Positions 26,581-32,208 of a stretch of DNA of 32,208 nucleotides are shown here, piece by piece. A model generated the notes under the pieces. It was not told the DNA's origin. It searched no databases and saw only the letters and a program-made list of their open reading frames with translations. Both the position numbers and the translations under genes were made by a program. Origin of the DNA: a bacterium (GTDB taxonomy: Bacteria; DRYD01); assembly GCA_049969455.1 (NCBI GenBank), contig JBMFOW010000002.1, forward strand, positions 1 through 32,208, in the 5' to 3' direction. How positions within the stretch are numbered: the stretch's first letter is position 1; each line of letters opens with the position of its first letter.

Positions 26581-26721
26581 ATCTTTTTTATCAAAAACTA
26601 TAAGCCATAGCAGCAGCAGTAGGTTCATTTAAGATTCTAATAACTTCTAATATCTTAATAGTACCAGCATCCTTTTTAATTTTTTGAAATATCATTGCAC
26701 TCATTTCTTGAAGGGGTATAT
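26581..26721 (-). pseudogene. Decayed dnaK fragment (codons ~85-161 of dnaK with an internal deletion of about 96 bp)
   Basis: 26601-26674 aligns to dnaK 24371-24444 (74 bp, 8 mismatches, 6 of them clustered). 26681-26720 aligns to 24541-24580. The flanking 26581-26600 resembles 24352-24370. Orientation is the same as dnaK. The fragment has no start codon and is not an ORF. Confidence 0.8.
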
Positions 26722-26870
26722 TTTTTTTTTCTTTTTTTATTTTAGTTTCATAAAAATCTACACTAAAAAGTTTTAAATAAAAGTTAAATAAATATCAGTT
26801 AAAAAGGATTTTCTATATATTTAAAAAATATTATACTATAAGGCTTTAAAATATTACAACAAATTTATAT

Positions 26871-27510
26871 ATGAGTTCTATAAACAAAAAAATTTACTAC
26901 TTAATTATAATTTTTATTACTTATATAACTTTAATATCTAAATTTACTTTTTCTGAAAATACTAAAGACATAGATATTTTTGAAAATTATTCAGTAGATC
27001 CTTTTCATTCAGTAGTAATGTTTGAAATAAAAAATTATGTACAATTGGGGAATATAGTTGTAGGTAGATTTAATAAAATAGAATGTATTGTAAATATAAA
27101 TAAAAAAGATTTCACTAAAAGCAATGCAAATATTAAAATATATGTTAATAGTTTAGATACAGGATGGAAAGAACGAGATGAACATTTATTAGGTCCCAAC
27201 TTTTTTGATGTAAAAAATTATCCACTAATAACTTTTCAAAGCAAAAATATAAAATTATTAACAAATAATGAATTTATACTTAATGGAGACTTAACTCTCC
27301 TTTAAAGATATAAACATAATTGTAAAAGAAGTAAATAAAGGCAAAAATTTTATGAATCAAGATATAATTATTTATGAATTTAATTATAGCATAAATAGAA
27401 GTGATTTTGGGATGAATAAAATGCTTGATTTAGTTGGAGATAAAGTTGATATTACTGCATTTATTCAATTAAATAAAACAGAATCTAAAAATAATAAAAC
27501 TAAACAATAA
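26871..27510 (+). pseudogene. YceI-like periplasmic polyisoprenoid-binding family protein, reading frame broken by a +1 shift at 27295-27305
   Basis: The ORF has a signal peptide. 'DPFHSVVMFEIKN', 'SLDTGWKERDEHLLGPNFFDVKNYPLITFQS' and 'NGDLTL' match YceI. Frame 1 stops at 27303-27305 (CTT TAA). The remaining YceI-like sequence ('KDINIIVKEV...INRSDFGMN...GDKVDITAFIQL') continues in the +1 frame to the TAA at 27508-27510. Confidence 0.75.
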
Positions 27511-27535
27511 AACTAAAAATAATAGAATAAACAAA

Positions 27536-28120
27536 ATGAAAAAAGAATACTTTAAAATCAATGATAATATAATAGAAATTGAATTTGAATTAAATGAAGA
27601 CAATCAGATAAATATTAAAAAAATTGAGAATTTATCAAAAATAGATGCTCAAAACATAAATAATATAGAAATAATTAGCTTTAAAGATAATAATAATTAT
27701 ACTGAAATAATATTTAAAATACAAGATCAGATTAAAAGAGCATTTATACTAGATAATAACATATACATTTTAGAAGATAATTTAATAAATGCTACAATAA
27801 TAGACTCTTCAAGTATAAGGTCTAAATCTAAAAACATTACTTTAGAAGATAATCTTAATCAATTATCTATACAAAGTAATGTTAATATAAAAAACAATGT
27901 AAAAAAAGAAGATAATAAATACTACTTAGTACCACCATTATCAGGAAAAATAGAAAAAATAAATGCTAAAGAAGGAGATATTATTAATCCTAATTACATT
28001 AATTTATATAAAACAGAAGTTGTTAATAATGAAATAAAATGTATTATAATAGAAGGAGATACTCCAGAAATTAAAGCCCAAAAATTAATATCAAAATTAA
28101 AAGAACTCAAAGTTATCTAA
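27536..28120 (+). CDS. Hypothetical protein; C-terminal segment weakly resembles a biotinyl/lipoyl-type beta-hairpin domain
   Basis: 194-aa ORF. 'VPPLSGKIEKINAKEGDIINPN' resembles the 'sPmpGkv.kv.VkeGD.V' start of biotin/lipoyl carrier domains. The canonical (E)AMKM attachment motif is absent ('INLYKTEVVNNEIK' instead). Confidence 0.35.
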   Translation: MKKEYFKINDNIIEIEFELNEDNQINIKKIENLSKIDAQNINNIEIISFKDNNNYTEIIFKIQDQIKRAFILDNNIYILEDNLINATIIDSSSIRSKSKNITLEDNLNQLSIQSNVNIKNNVKKEDNKYYLVPPLSGKIEKINAKEGDIINPNYINLYKTEVVNNEIKCIIIEGDTPEIKAQKLISKLKELKVI

Positions 28121-28144
28121 AAATTTAAAGAGGTTTATAAAAAT

Positions 28145-29293
28145 ATGATTATGAAAAATTATTTTAAAAATAAGTGGGTTGCTATTCTATTTTTATTAGC
28201 TTTTAGTTTAATAAGCCTAATTTTATTTTTGATTCTATTAATTTCTAAATTGCATAGTAAAGAAATAGTAAATAATAATAGGAGTTTAATTTTAGTAATA
28301 GGAGATGGAATGGGATTACCTATTATATCTGCTTGGGATTACTATAAAAAAGATAGTATAGATGATAATTATTCAGTATTAGAAGATTTTGATGGAAGTT
28401 TCTTAGTAAGGACTAGAAGTAAAGATAAGGTAATAACAGATAGTGCAGCAGCTGCTACTGCTTATTCTACTGGTTATAATGTAGATAACTATCAAGTAGG
28501 AGTACTAGAAGATAATAAAAGAGTAAAAACAATAATGGATTTAGCTAAAGAAAATAATAAATCTACAGGAATAGTAGTTTTATGTACTTTAACACATGCA
28601 ACACCAGCAGCATTTTATGCATATGCTTCTAAAAGATCAGAAGAACAACAAATAGCTAATTATTTACTATATTCAAATATAGATGTAGCAATAGGAGGAG
28701 GTCATAAATATTTTAAAAATCTTATTCCAAAATTTAAACAAAAAGGATATACAATCTTAGAAAATATTTATGAAATTAATGAATTAAAAAATAATAATCT
28801 TAAAAGAAATAAAATTTCCAAATTATTAGCATTTTTACATGAAAAACATCCACCAAAACAATCTCAAAGGAACTACAAACTCTCTGACTTATCAGAATTA
28901 GCTATAAATATATTATCAAAGAATAAAAACGGTTTCTTTTTAATGATAGAGGCTAGTCAAATAGATTGGTATGGTCATGACAATTTATTTAAAGATCAAT
29001 TAAATGAAATGAAAGATTATGAAGAAACACTAAAATTTTTACTAAATAAATATAAAAACGATAACAATGTAATGATTTTAACTTTAGGAGATCATGATTG
29101 TGGGGGATTAACATTAATAGATTATAATGCTTCAAAATTTGATGATAATTTTAAAATTAACTATAGTAGTAATTATCATACAGCAGAACATATACCTGCA
29201 TTCTATAAAGGTACAATAAATTATAAAATTAAACCCATTGTTAATAATATTGAAGTATTTCATATAATGAAAGATTTTCTATTAAATCAATAG
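28145..29293 (+). CDS. Alkaline phosphatase (PhoA family), membrane-anchored/exported
   Basis: 382-aa ORF. 'LVIGDGMG', 'ITDSAAAATAYSTG' (nucleophile Ser context), 'THATPAAF', 'EASQIDWYGHDN' and 'GDHDCGG' correspond to the PhoA metal- and phosphoserine-site motifs. Confidence 0.85.
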   Translation: MIMKNYFKNKWVAILFLLAFSLISLILFLILLISKLHSKEIVNNNRSLILVIGDGMGLPIISAWDYYKKDSIDDNYSVLEDFDGSFLVRTRSKDKVITDSAAAATAYSTGYNVDNYQVGVLEDNKRVKTIMDLAKENNKSTGIVVLCTLTHATPAAFYAYASKRSEEQQIANYLLYSNIDVAIGGGHKYFKNLIPKFKQKGYTILENIYEINELKNNNLKRNKISKLLAFLHEKHPPKQSQRNYKLSDLSELAINILSKNKNGFFLMIEASQIDWYGHDNLFKDQLNEMKDYEETLKFLLNKYKNDNNVMILTLGDHDCGGLTLIDYNASKFDDNFKINYSSNYHTAEHIPAFYKGTINYKIKPIVNNIEVFHIMKDFLLNQ

Positions 29294-29314
29294 AAACATA
29301 AATTTAAATTATAT

Positions 29315-30475
29315 ATGAACGTTTATTTAGATAACTGTAATATTGGGGAATTAGAAAAGAAGTATGTAATAGAGGCGTTAGAAAGTGGATTTATTTCAAC
29401 AAGAGGGCCATTAGTAAAAAAGGTAGAGGATATATTTGGAGAGTATTTAGGGGGTTATGTAGCTGCAACTTATTCAGGAACAGCTGCTTTATATTTATCT
29501 TTAAAGTATTGTCTTAAGAAATATAACTTAGATCCATTAAAAGAAAAAATAGGGGTAATAATTCCTTCAGTAACTTTTGCCGCCACCGCTCATTCAGCTT
29601 TATACAATAATCTTATTCCCATATTTAGTGATATAGATTTAGATACTTTAAATATAGATCTTAATTCAGTTGAAAAAATTATAAAATTAGCTAAAAATAA
29701 AGGTATAAATGTTAAATTCATAATGCCTGTACACTTATATGGAAATCCTTGTAATATGGATGAAATCTTAAAATTATCAAAGGAACAGAATCTAATAATA
29801 GTAGAAGACGCTGCAGAATCTTTAGCTTCAAAATATAAAAATATACTAACTGGAACATTTGGGGAATTTGGTGCATTTAGTTTTAACGCTAATAAAGTAA
29901 TAACCGCTTCTTCTGGAGGAATAATATTCTCTAAAAACAAACAAGATATTGAATATATTAGATTTTTAACATTACAAGCAAGAGAAGATTGGGGATATTA
30001 TCATACAGATTTAGGGTACAACTATAGAATGACTAACATAGAAGCTGCTATATTACTAGCTCAATTTGAAAAATTAAACTACTTCTTAAATTTAAAGAAA
30101 AAATTCTTTGAAATATATTATGAAAATTTCAAAAACTATTTTGATATACTAAGATTTCAAAAAATTACAGATAATTCTATATCTAACTATTGGCTTATAA
30201 CTATTATTTTTAACAATAAGAAAACAAATATTACAGAATTTCAAAAAAAATTAAATGAAAAGGGAATCCCAACTAGAAGAATATTTTATCCACTTCCTTT
30301 GATGGAATTTTATAAAAAGTACCAATTAGTAGATAACTTAGAGGATTTTTATAAAAACTCTTTATACATATACAATTATGGTCTTAATTTACCTTCTTCA
30401 ACAAAAAATACTTTATCATCTATAGAATATACCGCTAAAACAATAACTAAAATAATTTCAAATAAAGAATATTAA
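29315..30475 (+). CDS. DegT/DnrJ/EryC1/StrS-family PLP-dependent sugar aminotransferase
   Basis: 386-aa ORF. The family layout includes 'GFISTRGP', 'VEDAAESL' and the PLP-lysine context 'FSFNANKVITASSGG'. Confidence 0.85.
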   Translation: MNVYLDNCNIGELEKKYVIEALESGFISTRGPLVKKVEDIFGEYLGGYVAATYSGTAALYLSLKYCLKKYNLDPLKEKIGVIIPSVTFAATAHSALYNNLIPIFSDIDLDTLNIDLNSVEKIIKLAKNKGINVKFIMPVHLYGNPCNMDEILKLSKEQNLIIVEDAAESLASKYKNILTGTFGEFGAFSFNANKVITASSGGIIFSKNKQDIEYIRFLTLQAREDWGYYHTDLGYNYRMTNIEAAILLAQFEKLNYFLNLKKKFFEIYYENFKNYFDILRFQKITDNSISNYWLITIIFNNKKTNITEFQKKLNEKGIPTRRIFYPLPLMEFYKKYQLVDNLEDFYKNSLYIYNYGLNLPSSTKNTLSSIEYTAKTITKIISNKEY

Positions 30476-30555
30476 TAACTATAACTGAACTACCTAGTAT
30501 TCACAGAATACAAGGCTTTGGTTTAGTTTATAATTTATATAACTTCTTTAAATAT

Positions 30556-30588
30556 AACTCGAAGCTATAGCTCTCGCTATAACGAGTT
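30556..30588. terminator. Imperfect palindromic hairpin between convergent genes (possible bidirectional terminator)
   Basis: 'aactcg-aagc-tatagc-tctc-gctata-a-cgagtt' forms two 6-bp stem segments around a 4-nt loop. It lies between the DegT-like stop (30475) and the Gly-zipper gene stop (30630). There is no clean U-tract, so this is tentative. Confidence 0.35.
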
Positions 30589-30629
30589 AAGTATTCACTA
30601 GTTGTATACTAATTTTTTAGTCAACCCAT

Positions 30630-31104
30630 TTACACATCAATCATTTCCATATGTTTTCGCATCGGGATTGAATCGTGCTTCGGGATCCCATCCCGGTGTG
30701 CAGCTCCAATTAATCCTCCTATCAAACCACCGGCTAATGTACCAACCCCAGGCCACCATAATGTACCCACAGCTCCACCCAAAACTAGACCAGCAACAGT
30801 ACGACCCCATACCCAAAAAACAAATTTCCAGCCTTCTAATTTTCTCTTTTCTTTTCCCTTTTCTGATTCTTTTGAAGATTTACTAAAAATTGATTCTTCT
30901 CCCTTTTGGGAATACTCTTGTGCTTGTTTTTGAGCTTCTTCCTTAGCTTTTTTAAACTACTTGACTTAACTTATTTTTTAATTCATCTAAATCATTTGAT
31001 ACAACTTTATCTAATTGCATATTTTCTTTATTAATATTATTAGTTAATTTATACATATCAATTTTAGATAGATTTAAATTATTAAGATTACTTACATTCA
31101 TCAT
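30630..31104 (-). pseudogene. Second charged-helix plus glycine-zipper membrane protein gene, split by a +1 frameshift at 30952-30957
   Basis: This gene is not in the ORF track because both pieces are too short or lack a start. An SD (GAGGAGG, 31113-31119) precedes ATG 31104, giving 'MMNVSNLNNLNLSKIDMYKLTNNINKENMQLDKVVSNDLDELKNKLSQVV' and then a TAA at 30952-30954. The +1 frame opens at 30956 and reads 'KKAKEEAQKQAQEYSQKGEES...KRKLEGWKFVFWVWGRTVAGLVLGGAVGTLWWPGVGTLAGGLIGGLIGAAHRDGIPKHD...' to the TAA at 30630-30632. It has no plausible start of its own. Confidence 0.6.
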
Positions 31105-31210
31105 ATAAATAACCTCCTCGTTTATTATTTAAAGTATAATAAAATTATAAAATAAAAAATTGCACTAAATGTAAAAAAAAAATGTTAAAATTTAAATTCA
31201 AAAAAGAATA

Positions 31211-32208
31211 TTATATAAAAACTAAAGTAGATTTTATAAATTGATTAACCAACTGATTAATAATTTGCTCAAAATCCTTTTTATATTCAAAATAATGATC
31301 TTTATTTTTCAAAATATCTAAAATTAGATGAAAATTATTATTATCCAATAAATCAATTTGTTTTTTACCCTTAAACAAATTATTATTAATAATAAAAAAA
31401 TAGTAAATATTAACAAAGTTTTTATCAATAGAGACATATAATCCCAAAGGATTTCTACAACCCAAATTAAGGAATCCCATTATTTGTCTTTCTATAGTAA
31501 TTTCAATAAAAGTTTTTATATTATTTATTTTAAAAAGGATTTGATTAAGATAAGAATTAATTCTAGTTTGTAAAGCAATAACTCCTTGTCCAACAGCAGG
31601 TACTAAATCTTGAATACTAAATTCATAAGATATTAAGTTATCTAAATTTAATCTTTTAATAGCAGCCTTAGCTAAAACTATAGCATTGTACTCATTTAAT
31701 TCATTAAGTTTTTTTTATTCTAGTATCAACATTTCCAGTTATATCTTTAAAGATCAAATCATTTCTAAGAATTTTCAATTGTTCTTTTCTTCTTAAAGAC
31801 GAGGTTCCAATAATACTACCTTTAGGTAACTCCCAAAATGATTTATTATCTTTTGAAATTAATATGTCATTAACATCTTCTCTATTTAAAACAGCAGCTA
31901 TATTGGTATTAAGATTAATAAAATAAGGCATGTCTTTTAAACTATTAACAGCTATATCAATCTCTTCTTTAACAAGTGCTTCTTCTATTTCTTTTACGAA
32001 TGAATTATTAGTATAATTTTTTTTATCTCCACTGGTTTTAATAGTTTTAATAAAAAAATCAAAATCTGGAAAAAAATTTTCTAATAAATTTAGTACCTTC
32101 TTAGTTTGAATTAATGCTAATTTGGATCCTCTAGTACCTAAAATTAATTGTTTTTTAAAAATCCCAGTTTTATCTTTTAATCCTAAAAAATCTTTATGAG
32201 TCTTTGAT
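31211..32208 (-). pseudogene. hemC: Porphobilinogen deaminase (hydroxymethylbilane synthase), 5' end open at the window edge, frame broken in an A8 tract
   Basis: The minus-strand frame from the window edge reads '...LILGTRGSKLALIQT...IKTSGDK...IGTSSLRRKEQL...GNVDTRIKK' and stops at 31704. Removing one A from the A8 run (T8 on the plus strand, 31709-31716) continues 'LNELNEYNAIVLAKAAIKRLNL...VPAVGQGVIALQTR...' into the track ORF 31211-31480 ('GFLNLGCRNPLG'). All of these are HemC-like motifs. Confidence 0.8.

Noticed and set aside
29590-29940. 116-aa minus-strand ORF
   Set aside because: It lies antisense inside the DegT-family aminotransferase gene.
30602-30886. 94-aa plus-strand ORF
   Set aside because: It is the antisense shadow of the G+C-rich glycine-zipper coding segment on the minus strand. 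The minus-strand reading gives a coherent TM/Gly-zipper sequence and connects to an SD-led ORF.
1-32208. Alternative genetic code (e.g. UGA=Trp), given the extreme AT-richness
   Set aside because: Long ORFs are intact under the standard code, Trp is encoded by TGG, and TGA terminates at least one well-supported ORF (2366-3454).

Overview
Very AT-rich bacterial chromosomal segment (roughly a quarter G+C by eye). It uses the standard genetic code: TGG encodes Trp, and TAA, TAG and TGA all serve as stops. Genes are tightly packed. Positions 196-25709 form one long run of minus-strand genes: GT9 glycosyltransferase, YfcH-like epimerase, a repeat/glycine-zipper protein, uvrA, an exported CuAO-N/DUF4352-like protein, ppdK, a 639-aa orphan, rpsO, gatC, tRNA-Leu(UAA), GT4 glycosyltransferase, C-N hydrolase, an orphan histidine kinase, a prepilin-like protein, acylphosphatase, a FeoB membrane-domain-only protein, a class B PBP, then dnaJ, dnaK and grpE. 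A short plus-strand block follows at 25857-30475 (tsaB, yceI-like, a hypothetical, alkaline phosphatase, DegT-type aminotransferase). The window ends with minus-strand genes again: a second glycine-zipper gene and hemC, which is open at the window edge. I find no transposase, integrase, CRISPR array, phage module or recognisable defence or toxin-antitoxin operon, and I cannot honestly point to a convincing novel multi-gene system. Five things are unusual. (1) There are duplication scars of the heat-shock operon. A 284-bp near-perfect direct repeat, an internal grpE segment, brackets dnaK-dnaJ and abuts the PBP start codon. A decayed dnaK fragment also lies 3' of tsaB in antisense orientation to dnaK mRNA. 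(2) Two unrelated-looking genes share the same architecture: a charged helical region followed by a C-terminal glycine zipper. One carries 96-bp tandem repeats and an upstream 15-bp direct-repeat pair. The other is split by a +1 frameshift. (3) Three +1 frame disruptions fall within the last 5.5 kb. Two are at the same TT-TAA-A context (yceI-like, Gly-zipper gene) and one is in an A8 tract (hemC). (4) A roughly 200-nt G+C-enriched non-coding stretch lies between tRNA-Leu and gatC and may be a structured RNA. (5) A 639-aa zinc-ribbon orphan sits in the slot after rpsO where pnp usually lies. All homology calls are motif recognition by eye; no database searches were run.
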